A DNA stretch of 64,000 nt from Camelus dromedarius (Eukaryota): the NCBI RefSeq assembly GCF_036321535.1, contig NC_087436.1, forward strand, positions 26,600,001-26,664,000. The letters run 5' to 3'. The notes under the pieces were generated by a model. It ran no database searches. It saw only the letters and a program-made list of their open reading frames with translations, and was not told where the DNA came from. The position numbers were made by a program, and so were the translations under genes. Positions 25,451-39,270 of this stretch are shown here, in pieces (within the stretch, counting starts at the first letter, position 1; each line of letters starts with the position of its first letter).

Positions 25451-28179
25451 TCAATGACCAACTGTTGGTGACTAAACAAAACCAGAAAAGGGAGAAATAA
25501 ACTTTGACACACACATTTACTTAGTAGCTATTAACGAAAGTGTGCTTAGCCATTTAAATACACAAGCTGTGCTGTGAGTGGATACGTTATTGGAAAAACT
25601 AATAATGACTGTATTGAGATTATTAAACAAGATACCACCACCTAGGAACTGGGTCAGAGTTGTGGGAAGAAGGACCCTCCAAAGGTTCACTGAGAAAAGT
25701 GGGCTAAAGAGTAAGCCAAAGACTCAAAGACCACGGCAAACAGAGCGGTTAATGGAGAGTAATAAAGCATGTAAGTCACAGAAAGCTGCCACTTTTTACA
25801 CTGAGTAATAAATATTAAGTGAAAATAACATTTAATGTTAAGGGGGCCCTGGAGAAGCTGACTTTCATTACCATTGCAAGTAGGAATTATCCGATAATAT
25901 AGGCAAACAGCCTAGCCATAGCAATTGTACTTAAAATGTCCATAATTTCCAGGTCAGACCCTCCTTTTTGGCTATCTGTTCAAAAACGTAGAAGTCCCAG
26001 AAAGAAAATACAGAAGTGAGTGTGTTTGTTTTAGCTGTGTTAGTAGAATCAAATGAAACCTGGAAGTAATCTGAATGTCCATGCAGAAAAATCATTGTGT
26101 GATCCCTGTATTTTGGATTCATATGAAGCTCCTAAAATAATTGTATACATTTTTATTTACTTGAAGATATGTACCAGATGTACATTTTTATATGGATAAA
26201 GTTTATCCAGGAAGGATATGTAGGAAGGCATGTAAAACAGGACCCAAAATGTGTCAAACAAGTTGTATACTATATATTTTGCTATAAAAAGGATGTAAGT
26301 TCTGTAAGAATGGTTTTCTGGCTTACATGTTTCCAGAATTTTCTAAAGCATCATTCTGCTACATTCCTATGCAAATTTAGCACTGATAATGGGGGGTGGG
26401 GGGGAAGGATTTTGGATGGTTTTATGTTACCAGATTTTCAACTAAGTTCTTACATACTTGTTATCCATCTGTTAAGTGGGTGTGCATGTGTGTTAAATTT
26501 ACACAAAACCACGTTTTACAGTTGATTTCGAGTGGGCTGAATTTATTTATCAGTATTTACTAGAACTGAAGGTTTTATCTGTGTGTGTATGTGTGTGTAT
26601 ATAACAAAGGCAGCAAAATTACTGGTGTTCCACAAGTGCTGCAAAACTGGATTAGACTCAAAATCTCAGATAAATTTGAATGACCAAGAATTCATGAAAT
26701 TAGCAGGTAATTACCTGGTTGTGATTTTTTTTTTCTTTCCTATTTACATTTTTCAGTTGCTGAAATTTTCCAATAGGTTAAAATGACAATAATATTATTT
26801 GAGGTTTATTAAATCTGGGACTCTGTGTTCTTAGGTTTCTAAGTGAATGATAAATTAAAATCCATGTTTCAATTAATAAATTATAATCTGTGTAATTCTA
26901 GTTTCTATGGATAAGTGTACCCCATGGTAAGCATTTCTAAATTTTGTTAACAATGAAACATGGTTTCAGATAGTCAATCAAATTGATTGGGCAAGCAATT
27001 CAATTTTATGAAATAATGTGCATTAAATTCAGTAGAATTCATTGTTAGAAAGTTTTCTTACAGAAGTATCAGCTTCCATAAACCCTTATTTTATTTCCTC
27101 AAATTCAGATTTTCCCACAAATTTTTTTTACAGCTTCTGTGTCTTTATCCCTTTCATTCCAGAAGCGTTTCATTAGATTTCACAGATGAGTGAGCCTGTG
27201 AACAAGTGAACTGAAATAAATGTGGTTTGATTCACTACTTCTCTTTCATTAGGTTAACATGCATTAGATTGCTTCTGTTAATCCAAGTGTATAGAATTAA
27301 AGAAAGACTTCTCTTTTAAAAACTTGTGGAACGAAAAGTAGATCTGGGGAAACATCTATTATTATTCAAAACATTGATGCAAGTATAAGAGAGATTATTT
27401 TCCCAAAATATTTTGTAACATATATTATGAGATCTAGTATTTAAAGTTCACTTGTTGTTTAATGTTTGGATGCATATTGGTAAAAGACATCTAAATCAAA
27501 TCTCTCTTATTAGCAGAAACAATTTTTGTATGTTAACTTAATTGCTACAATAAGGGGCTATTTTAAGGCAGATGTGAACATGTTTAGCCATAATTAGGAA
27601 CAAGTAATCTTTTGAAAAGGCAAAAAAGATAATGCCTTTTATAAATTTTAAAATTGGTTTAGCTATTGTATTCAGAAATAGGAAAAAAAAAACTAGTGAA
27701 CTCTAATTTAGTGAAGAAATTTGATTTTCATTTAGTTGAATTTTTCTGCTTGTCTGGTATTTCCCTCAATACTTTAATGTTCATTTTATCAGAAGAGTAC
27801 ATAATGGATTTCTAGAACTCTCTGGTTTGAAATGAACTAAGATATTCATTGGCTGTTTTACTTTGAAAGTCCACTATGAATGTCAATACATAATTTTATA
27901 TAAATTTATAATGTGATGCATATTTTTAACTTCAGTATCTTTTTTACATCATTATATCTCCCAAAATAGTCCATAGTGGCAATTCAGTATTCAGAATAAT
28001 GTAATTTTATTTAAGTTCATGTAATTATATAAAAAACATTTATACTATAGTTGATATTTATATTATTATAATATATTCACTTATCTGAATATAGGGCTTA
28101 AATTTTTCCTTTTGCTTTTCAAAAATAATACCTCCCTTCATATATCTGTATCAACTGCCTTTTATAAAATAGAAATTTA

Positions 28180-29080
28180 TCCAAGTAAACTAGCACATCT
28201 ATCGATCATTGCTTACAATGGCTACATGGTATTCCACGGCATGGATGTGCTTTATTAAAATATTTTCTCGTGATTATATATTTATCTTTGTTCTCTGCTA
28301 TGAGCAAACGTTCTTATATGTATGTCCTTGCATACTACATGTTTTTCTGAATCAAAGGTTTTTAATTTCTTAATTAAAAGTATTAATTCTTAGTATTCTT
28401 AATTTCATATTGCCCCATTACATCCAAGATGCCTGTAACATTTTGTATTCCCCACAGACTTAAGTGAGAGTATTTCTTTCTCCTTAAATCCCTGACAGCA
28501 ACAGATGTTATAACCCATTTTAACTTTTGCCTTTCTGATGGGTGCTGAGTGATATGTCATTATCCTATAAATATGTTAGTATTAAACAGTCATTCTTTGG
28601 CTACTTGTGAGTTTGAGTATTTTATGCATAAATATGCAAACTTTATGCATTTATTGGCTTTCAATACTTGCTTTTCTGTGAATGTTCAGTTAATAGATTT
28701 TTTTCTGTTTTGATATTATTTTTCCATTTATCAATTTGTATTAGTTCTGGGAATATTATACACATTAACCCTTTTTCTACCATGTACATGGCAATTATTT
28801 AAGAAATTTTTTGACTGCTTACTTTAGTAATGGCACATATTACTTAAAAAAGTCTTTTATACAACATTTTATATGGTCTAGTATGTGTTTTCTTATATGG
28901 AATTCCACACTTGGTTAAAACAATTGCTGTCTCTAGATTTTGGCTGATACAGTATCAAGCTTCTGATTCACGATTTTTAAAATTAAAGTCCATATTATGT
29001 CTGTAGTGCATTTTTTGCATGCTATATACGGAAGTTTTCATATTCTTTTTTTTTTTTTCTAGTCAGATAACCAGTTTTGC
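28180..29080 (-). mobile_element. Decayed old LINE-1 fragments (antisense)
   Basis: ggtattccacggcatggatgtg, ttttgtattccccacagac..gagagt, ttttgcctttctgatgggtg..tgatatgtcatt and tgcttttctgtgaatgttcagtt are antisense L1 ORF2/3' motifs. Confidence 0.55.
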
Positions 29081-29997
29081 AAAATTAAAAAGTCTAGCTA
29101 TACCAGGTGCTGGTGAGAATGTGAAGGAACTGCATCTCTTTTACCCTGATGGTGAGAATGTAAATAATCCATCCTTTCCCTCCAAGTGAAGTTATCCTGT
29201 GGTCATTAAATTCCACAGATACTGCATTTTTTATTCTGCTGTATAATGATCTGAGTGGGTGGCTTCTAGTTTTATCTGATATCTTGTATAGAAACTGTCC
29301 CATAATTCTTCCACTTTTAAAATAATTCTTTAGCTATTCTTGGGCATATATTATTCCACATGTAAATATCAAGACTATTTATTACATTTATCTTTCCAAT
29401 CAAAATTGGTTAAAAAATTCTAATAGAAACTATAGTACATTAGCATAAAAATTATGGGTAATTAACAATGCCACACACACACAAAATGGTTTCTATTTCC
29501 ATTTTCTTATATTTCATTTAGTTTTGCTTGTTTTATTTTTAATAAATAGTAGCTTTGTATGAGTCAAAAACCAAGTGAAAAACTGCAGTTAAAAATCCTA
29601 CACTCTGTCTAGTTACCATTTTTATTTTATATAAGAAGATATTTGTTAATTTCTTATGCATGATTATAAAGATTTTTCTGCATATTTTAAAAATAAAAAT
29701 TTGTAGTCAGTTTTTATCCTTTTCCCTCAAATGATAGTATACTCTCAAAACTGTTTAGCACCAGGCATAGTTACTTGGTAATAGAATTTAGGCAAGTTTC
29801 CATTCTGTGGATGTGACACCTGGAGAAAGTATCCTGGCCCCCACTGCCCTTCAGTCTTAGAACAAGAGTCAGCACACCTGTTTAGCTCCTCCTGGACCTC
29901 AGGGGGTTCAGGATGCCCAAGAGCATTAACACAATGCCAAGTCAGTCACTTTCTCAGGGATGCTTGAATCTCTGAGGACCCAGAGCTTTCTGGTTAC

Positions 29998-30790
29998 ACA
30001 GATGGCAAATAAGCACATGAAGAAAGCTCAACATCATTGCTCATAAAGAAATGAAAAGTAAAATCACAGTGACGTACCACTGTTCACCTATTGTAATAGC
30101 TAATATTACAAAGATTAACCATAACAAATGTTGGTTAAAATGTGGAAATACTGGAAATTTCATGTAAAATGGTACCATTTTGGAAAATATTTTGGCAAAA
30201 ATCACTTTGGAGATTAACTATAAACCTACCATATGATTCAGCCATTCCTTTCCCAGGTATTTCCCAAAAGAAAAGAAAGCATATGTCCATAGAAAGACTT
30301 CGACACAAATGTTTATAGCAACTGAATTAACTATATGTAATAGTCTAAAACCTGAAACAATCCCAAAGTCCTTCAACAGGTGAATGGACAGACACATTTT
30401 GGTATATTCACACAATGAAATACTACACAGAAACAACAGGAATGAATTATTTATATACACAATATGGATGAATCCCTAAATCACCATACTGAGAGGAAGA
30501 ATCCAGACAATAAAATAGTACTTACTAAATGATTCCATTCACATAAAATTCTAGGAAGTCCAAACAAATCTACAATGATAGAGAGTAGATTAGTGGTTAC
30601 CTGAGAACGGTGGCGTAAGGCAGTCAGGACTGGTGTAGAAGGATTACAACGGGGCAGCAGTACTTTCGGGGGAGTGATGGATATTTTTATTATCTTTATT
30701 TTGTGATATGTCACAATTTATCAAATTATACACTTTATTTACAATTTACTGTATGTATGCCCCTTACACTGCAATACATCTGTGTTTAAA
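29998..30790 (+). mobile_element. Old LINE-1 (L1MB/ME-like) 3' end
   Basis: cagatggcaaataagcacatgaagaaagctcaacatcatt...ctaccatatgattcagccattcc...caaatgtttatagca...tgattccattcacataaaattctag...agattagtggttacc. Confidence 0.8.
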
Positions 30791-30799
30791 AAACTTTTA

Positions 30800-31977
30800 T
30801 ATGGATTGAAGACCTAAATGTAAGACCAGATACTATGAAACTCCTAGAGGAAAACAGAACACTCTGACATAAATCACAGCAATATTTTTTTTGGATCTAT
30901 CTCCTAAGATAAAGGAAATAAAAGCAAAAATAAATAAATGGGACCTAATTAAATGTAAAAGCTTTTGCACAGCAAGGGAAACCATTGACAAAATGAAAAG
31001 ACAATCTACTGAATGGAAGAAGCAAATGATATGACAAAGAAATAGTTCCTACAACTCGATATAAAAAAAAAAAAAAGAAAAAGAAAAAGAAAAAGAAAGA
31101 AAGAAATCTGGTCAACAAATGGACAACAGAACTGAATAGACATTTTTCCAAAGAGTAAATGCAGTTGTCCAACAGGCACATGAAAAGATGCTCAACATTG
31201 CTAATTATCAGGGAAATTCAAATCAAAACCACAATGAGATATCACCTCACACCTGTGAGAATGGCTATCATCAAAAAGAACACAAATAACAAATGTTAGT
31301 GAAGATGTTGAGAAAAGGGAACCCTGTTGGTGGAAATGTGAATACGTACAGCCACTGTGGAAAACAGTATGGAAGTTTCTCCAAAAAACCTGAAAATAAA
31401 ACTACCATATGACCCAGCAGTTCTATTCCTTGGCACATATATGAAAGAAACAAAACACTAATTTGAAAAGATACATGCACCCCAATATTCATAGCCACAT
31501 TATTTATAATTGCTAAGGTATGGAAGCAACCTAAGTATCCATCAACAGATGCACAGATAAAGAAGATGTGGTATATATAAATACACATATACACTATGGA
31601 ATACTACTCAGCCATAAACAGAACAAATTTTGCCATTTGCAGCAACATGGATGGACTTGGAGAGCATTATGCTAACTGAAATAAGTCAGAAAGAGAAAGA
31701 CAAATACTGTGTGATATCACTCATGTGGAATCTAAAAATACAACAAACTAGTGAATATAACAAAAAAGAAGCAGACTCACAGATACAGAGAACAAACTAG
31801 TGGTTTCTGGTGGTGGGAGGAGGAGGGGCAATACAGGGGTTGGAGAGTGGAACATATAAACTACTGGGTGTAAGATCAGCTCAAGGATGTACTATACACA
31901 TGGGGAATACAGCCAATATTTTGTAATAATTGTTAATAGAAAGTAACATTTAGAAATAGTGTAGAAATAAAATTTTC
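30800..31977 (+). mobile_element. Younger 5'-truncated LINE-1 (ORF2 end plus 3'UTR)
   Basis: tggattgaagacctaaatgtaagacc...caaatcaaaaccacaatgagatatcacctcacacctg...cagatacagagaacaaactagtggtt. Perfect 11-bp TSD aaaaactttta at 30789-30799 and 31978-31988. Confidence 0.93.
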
Positions 31978-32227
31978 AAAAACTTTTAAGAGCAAAAATA
32001 AAATACCTCTTTAAGTTTGTATGCTGTGTTAAAATGCAGTGTTCAAAACTGATGAAAAAATAGTATTTCACATATTTACCTCCAAAAAATGTTTTTCAGA
32101 ATATGATTTTGCATAGATTAAACATTCAGAAAAGTATCTAAATTTCCAAATCATCTAAATTCAAAGTAAATTCAAAAGGTAGTAAATGAATGGTAAGTAA
32201 AAGAAATTTACTACTATTTGAGATACT

Positions 32228-32452
32228 CTGGCTTTGCAGTCAATTCTCAGGTTCAGAATCTCAGCTGTACCACTTGCTAGTAGTTAGAACTTGGTATAGT
32301 CATTAAACATTTCTGTAGCGCATTTGTAAAATGGAAATAATAATATCTGTCTAATACAGATAGTGTAATGATGAAATGAACGAATGTATGTAAAAATTCT
32401 AACAGTCATTCTTGCAAACAATAAATAAATGCATACTGATATCGTTATTTTA
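32228..32452 (+). mobile_element. MIR SINE
   Basis: ggctttgcagtca..ggttcagaatctcagctgtaccacttgctag...catttgtaaaatggaaataataatatct...gatgaaatgaacgaatgtatgtaaaa. Confidence 0.8.
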
Positions 32453-35400
32453 TTAGAAACTTTGATCAGAGTTTATCCTAATTTTAATTGCTTTGTTCTT
32501 TATCCTACTCATTTTACATGATCCTCTAAGATGGACAGTTAGCTTCTGTCCTTTTAAACACTATATTATTACGTACCTTGAGAGGAAAATAAAATGAAGA
32601 CATATTTTAACAGTTTGTTTTTATTTTCTCTTTTGTTATCCCAGCATAGTACAATACAGTGTATAGTAGAGGACAGTTTCATGGTTTCAGTATGCATGGA
32701 TGTTGTCCTTAAACACCTTCAAGCCTACTGAAGAGCAATGTAAAGCATACAATTGAGTACTTTGTTAACTAAGCTGCAGAACCTATTCAGTGTTAAAAGA
32801 ACAGGTGATTTTTTTTAGGATAAAAAAAAATTGTATTTCAGGAAATGTAAATCATAACAGAAAGGTGGGAATCAAGTCATGGTAAAGAATATCTGTAGGA
32901 TAAGCTAGATTTATAAAAATATTAAATATGACATTACTTTTACCATTTTCATTTTTTTTATAATATTTAAACCAATCCTAAAGTGTAAAATTGGTTCTTA
33001 GTAAAGTTTATTAACTTTAAAAAATTATTAACTTTAAAAATGAAGATCACTGAGGCTACTTTTACTTATGGAAATGTTATATTGTGGGGACGCTCTTGCT
33101 TGAACACCTGTGAAATTGTCTCAAAAATAGTTCCATCAATTAAATTCATTACAAAACTATTTTTTGAATATTTTATTTTAGTTTCTTTCCAGGTTCAAGG
33201 ACACACACAATTATTTTCAAAATATAGTATTATTTTAAAGTTTTACATTAAATTACATGGACTTAGGCAAATAGATGCGTTATAGGATAAATACTCTGAT
33301 TAATAATCATGATGAGAGATGAAGAAGCCATGTGTCCAATTTTAAATATCACGGTAATTAAACTTTCCATTTATAGCTTTGGAATTTAAAAGTGTTGAGC
33401 TTATTATAATTATAATGAAATATTGAACACAATTATATGCACTTTAATAATTGATACCAGTGTATACTCTATGTAACTCTACAGAATTTTGAAAAGAAGC
33501 AATTAGAAGGGAAAAAAAGAGTTCATATTGGGAGGTTAGTGCTTTTAAAACCATATAGAAGACAAAATTTCAGGACAGTTGTTATATGACCCTGAACATT
33601 AATAATGAGAATATTGTTTTATGCTGATTTTAGTTACTGCAGAAAAACCTCCAGCTTTTTGGAAGTTGATGTGTTCACATTAGTAGCCTTCAGTGACAGT
33701 TTGATAGACCTTGAATCTTCCAAGAATATCTACCTCAAATTTTAAGCAGTATTTTACTGATCCAAGCCTCAAAACAAAAAATATCACTTGGTAACAAAAG
33801 GTATTTCAAAGAATATGACTATGTTTCTTTATATTTCAAGGTATATAAATACAGTGATTTCCTTGACTCAAAAGAGGGCATCAAAAACAAGATGACTTAG
33901 AGTCCAGGTGAGCAGAAACAGAAAGTGGTAGCTACTGTGGGAAACTTTCTAAAGATACTCATATTCTTCTTCTTTTCATGCATCTGGCCAAACAAAACAT
34001 TTTTTAGGTTTGATTAAAACTGAAGAAATCAAATTATTTTTTATAGGTAAAAGGAAAATTCCAATGGCCAGTGGAAACATTTTGAATTAAATTTTATAAT
34101 GAAGACACAGTGTTACTGTTAGCAATGGCATCGTTGTAAAGATGAATACAACACATAGTACATACCATGATCATGATTATTTATATCAAATATGTTTCTA
34201 GGAAGACTACATGAATGGACTAGTATCCTTCTTTTACATAGTTTAAATTTATTATTTAGCAATGTGATTTTTTTTAAACATGTATCTTTAACATCTTTTC
34301 TATGTCCACATTTTTCCCTTTAGGTGCACTTTATTCTTTTTAATGGATGTATAAAATCTCATTCCATGGATATAGTATATTGATCTCACTATTTAAGTTT
34401 TGGAGTTTTTTTGGCATTGCAAACAAGGGTACCATGAATTTCTTTATGCACATAATGTGAATATCAATACAAAAATTTGAGTAGAATAAAATAGCTTAGA
34501 ATATTGATGGCAATGTGTTACATCTACTAGCAATGACAATTTTTTTATATATGCAAAGCTAAGTTCTTATGTAGAATCTCATTATTTTGTCTTATGATCT
34601 GTCTCTCAAATTTAAAAAAAAATACCATTATAATCTATTAGTTATAAATCTAGAGAAGGTAACAAGAATGTGGCCAGGCCAAGATAACTGAGTAACAAGC
34701 ATCTATAAATAAAGTATTCGATAAGAGCAGAGTGAAAATTGGAATTAAAAAAATACCTTTTGGTTAAAGATTTAACAACAACAACAATAAAACAAGTCCT
34801 CAGTAAAAGGGCTGTATTTAATCTAGCTGTGTTTGATGAGACAGCCATGAACTAATGACGACGGGGTACCAGTAATTGGTAAGAATATGAAAGGGAAGGT
34901 GTAACTTACAAACTGGTGGGCAAAAGGGATAGACAAACAGTAGATTTAGATAATATTTTAAGTGCTATAGAATTTTCAATTTAAACAGGCATATGGTGCC
35001 AAGGAAAGATGGTTACTTCCTAAGAGAATTATGGAGGCTAAGTTATTATGATGTGCTTACCAAGATTCAAGTGTGCCCTGTATGCCTGCTGAGAACTCTG
35101 TTTTGTGTGCAGACAGAAGAGTGAGCTCCTTCTTGAGGGAGGGGCATATGTACTATATCCTTTAATAAATAAAATCAGAATTTCAGTTTACTATCATACC
35201 TGGATAAATAAAACTGTACTTGGACCAGAAATAATGGTCACATGACCAGTATTCATTTCTCTCTCTCTCTCTCTCAGGACAAATCAACATGGGAGAACTA
35301 TTTTAAAATGATAACATTGCTTGCTGAACACTGAATTACATAACAGGAGCTGAATAAGTCAATATTTTAATGACATCAGACTAGGATATGTCTAAAGAGA

Positions 35401-37429
35401 ATGAGATACTTAAATTCTGTTCATTTATGCTCACTTTATCCAGGGTAGTATTTGTGTGGATGGTAACAGTTTTGATTTCAGTAGTCTACACTTATGTCTG
35501 CAAGTCTGACTAAACTATGTGCATGATACATTATTTCCCAATATATTAATACACTTTATCAGGTTAAACTAGATATTGTCTTCCTGTAAGAGACTTTTTC
35601 CTATTTCAACTTTTGTTTACAATGCAGTTATTTACAGCTTTTATAATACAGTTTTTATCTAAAGGCAAGTCCCATTGAAATCCCAAAGTGCTGAGAACAG
35701 ATAAAAAACTTATTCAGAGATGAAATCAGGGCAAAACTTGATTTTACAGATAGACTTAACAGACATATTTCTGCTTGCTTAGGATGCCTGAGTATGTAAG
35801 GAAGATGAGAAATAGCAGAGAAATCTTGAATTAATTTAACTTGTTCATTATTTGTATTAATTTGGAATTTAAACAATGGGTTGGCCACAACTTTATTAGA
35901 GAGTGATATATATATTATGTAGTATACCTAGTTATTAAATGTATTTACCTATTTTGTCGATTACTTTGTTAACATTAAGGTGTATGATATACAAATCAAT
36001 CATAGTTCACTACAGTGGGAAGTATGGACTATTTTGCAAATTCACTCCTTCACTGGGAGTCTAAGGTCTTGGGGAAAGAAATCATCATTGTGCTCAGCAT
36101 GACCTATAGATTTTAGTAGATCACAAAATAAATAGGATTTGTGAAAAATACAGCTGTCACGATAAGATTAAATGATATACGTGGACAGCAGAATTACAGG
36201 TTACAAAGAAAAGGTCTACATCTTCCCCCAGACTCGAGGTGGCCACACATGCCCACAATGATCTATGGTTAACTCCCTGCCATTTCATCCATAAGCTTTA
36301 GTTAAACAACTAAACAACTTTCTGTTCTTCAACACAATATGGTCATATTTCAAATCTTTGACCTAAGTAGCCTATGCTTGTGATGTTTCACAAAACTTCC
36401 TACTACTCCTTCTTCAAGCTGAGGCTCAGTTATTGTCTTTTCTCTGAACTCTACTCTGATTCCAGGATTGAAATACTTGCCCACGCAGAATGCTCCCTCC
36501 CATTGCACCCTGGGCATACATGTATTGGAATTAGTGCCAATTGATTAACGGCTGTTTAGGGACAGAGATGATCTTCTCCTTTGTTGCTTCCCAGAAAACA
36601 TCACGGTGCCTAACAATTTTCACTCATTAAACTAAACAATCAAATCAGGTGGACTGAATGAATAAATGAACATTATTACTGGTTACCGTCTTTTTGATGT
36701 TCAAGACTGGTTGCATTTGAGCTACATAAGCATGGAATCCCTTTCTTGTTTATTTATACATATGTTTATAGTATCTCTTTGTCTAGATCAAAAAATGAGT
36801 TTAGGGAGATTAAAAAAAAAAAACAAAACTTGTGCAAGATCACAGTTTGATGCCAGAATCATGTGCTTCATTTTAGTACATTTTAAGTATTCTTCCATAC
36901 ATCTGTCTTTATTTCTAGTTAGTAAGAATTTTAGAACTATACAGAATTAGAGTAAAACTTTTCCTTCACTAATACACATTATATCTAATACAGGTTCTGG
37001 TAGCTCTTATAATATCATTGAGCTAGTTACCCAAAATTGTTAAGTCTAATATAAAATATATTGCATGATTTAATTTTTTTCTGTAAAATTTGCAGAGCAA
37101 ATTACACAATTTCAATTGAAGTTTCTAGAAAAAAGTATGAAATTTCTAAGAATGTTACAAATATTACTGCCATGTTAGCTAGAAAGCTGGTAACTTTTGA
37201 AATGAATAAATCACAATATTTCAGCGGTTTAACAATATATATTTATATTGTGCGTGTGTGTGCCTTTAATGTAGTTTTTCTTGTCTATTGTAGCTTTCTT
37301 CCATGTAATGTTTTAGGAACTAAACTCATTTCTTCTAGTGGTCCTGTAAACATATAATATTCTTATTTTTAAGTCCACAGGTGAGACAAACATAATAGTC
37401 AATAGCAAATACTAGTCATTGCTTTTACT

Positions 37430-38130
37430 TCAAGTTTACTAATCTTTTCTTCTGCAATATTGAGTCTGTTTTTAATCTAATTCAGTGTATTTTTCACCTC
37501 AGGTATTATAGTTTTCATGTTCATGCCAAGAATTTCAATTTAGATTTTCTTTTGACATCTTACTTGACTCTACTTGAGTTTTAAAACACATGGAATATAA
37601 TCTAACACTTATTTTAATGTCCATGCCTGCTAATCTAACATCTGTGTAAATTTTAACTGGTTGACTTTTCTCCTCATCAGGATTGTATTTTCCTGTGCCT
37701 TTAAGTACCTGGTAATTTTTTACTGGATCCTAGTCATTGTATATTATGCCTTGTTTGTGCTGGATATTTTTGTATTTCTATATTCTGAAGCCTCAGTCTG
37801 GTACGCAATTAAGCTATTTGGAAACAGTTTGAGTATTTCAGGTCTTGCTTGTAAAGATTTGTTAGGCAAGACGACAAGAGCATTTAATCTAGGGCTGACT
37901 GTTTGCTGTGACTTAGATAAGACAGTTCTGTGTATTCTACCGAAACCCCCTTGAATTATGAGGTTTTCCAACCTGGTGGGTGGGAACGGGCACTGCTCCT
38001 GGCCCTGTGTGAGGGCCACATACTTTTCCTCTAATGCTTTTGGATGGCTCTTTCCTCAGTCACACAATCTGCTCACAGGCATGTTCTGATCACTACTATG
38101 ATGAACACTTGAGTGGAGACCCTGTGCAGA
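37430..38130 (-). mobile_element. Old LINE-1 5'/ORF1-region remnant (antisense)
   Basis: ttcaagtttactaatcttttcttctgcaat...tgtatttttcacctcagg...gtattttcctgtgcctttaagtacctggtaatttt...tatgaggttttccaacctggtgg. Confidence 0.6.
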
Positions 38131-38715
38131 TCTTGATACCCTTGTTTATATATCTTATATTTTTGTTTGTTTCAGGTTTAGGACAGTTGTTTTTTTCAGA
38201 ACAGTATATCCAGTCCTTAATACTCTTTGCTGATAGCCCAAATAATGTTAAGGAGCTAAAGTATCTTTAGTGTCTAATAAGCACCTGCACTAGAGATCTT
38301 ACAGAACAAACAGGCAGCTTGGTGTCGTCTCTTCGCAGGGAGGCTGACTAAGCTGTGTGACAAATGGGCTTGGTGGAAGGAAAGCCATCACCATGGTGCC
38401 ATGCAGTCGGCCTCATGACTGTAGTCAACTCAGCTATCAGAAATGTTAATAATGTCATCGGTGAGATCCAAATAAGATGTAGCTCTTAAAATATTAGATG
38501 TGGTTTATAGTCTTTGCTTTCCCAGTCTGTCTGTCTATCTAGCATCTATGTTTTTCCCAAAGATGAGTTATTTTGCTTCTCTAATCATTAGCTTTCTCAC
38601 ATGTAACTATGGGAGATTGAAATTTGATGATCTCAGATTCTGTGTCAGTTTTAAATATTCTACTAGTTCTGGCAATTTCCCAAAGCATAGGGCTGCAATA
38701 CCTAAAACAATTCTA

Positions 38716-39270
38716 TGTAGAAATTGTAGAATTTTAAAAAATGGCTTTAAATACTTTGGCTCTCCTGTTATTGAAAGGCCATGTCTGTGTCTCCTGTCCT
38801 TGTGAGTGAGTGGACTTATAACTGTCTGAAGCAATAGTGTGTGACAGAAGTTACACTGTGTGACTTCCAAGGCTAGCCATAAAAGGCCATGCAGCTCCCA
38901 TCTTATCTGTATTAACATTTATGCTGTAGCCCTCAGCTGCTAAGTAAGACATCTGACTGCCTTGAAGTTGACATTCTGTGAGGAATCCAAGCCACATAGC
39001 AAAGTCTTGTATAGATAGCCTTGTTGAGACTTCTAGCAGAGTTAAACCTTTGCATTATTATAACCTGGGCACTAAACATATGAATAAAACTGCCTCCAGA
39101 TAATTTCAGATTTCATATACTCCCAGGTGAGGCTCCAGACATGGTAGGGAAGAAACAGGGATTTCATTGGTTTCTTGTCCAAATTCCAGGCCCACAGAAT
39201 TTATGAGAATAAAATGGTTATTTTATGTCAGAAATTTGTGGATATTTTGTTATACAACAATAGTAACGAG
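38716..39270 (+). mobile_element. MLT1 (G/H-like) MaLR LTR
   Basis: aaaatggctttaaatactttggctctcct..attgaaagg...cagaagttacactgtgtgacttccaaggctagccataaaaggccatgcagct...ccacagaatttatgagaataaaatggtt...ttgttatacaacaatagtaac. Confidence 0.8.

Noticed and set aside
33006..33040. Tandem duplication of ttattaactttaaaaa; a similar short direct repeat occurs at about 18298 and 18357
   Set aside because: Only two AT-rich copies, consistent with ordinary slippage; not an array.
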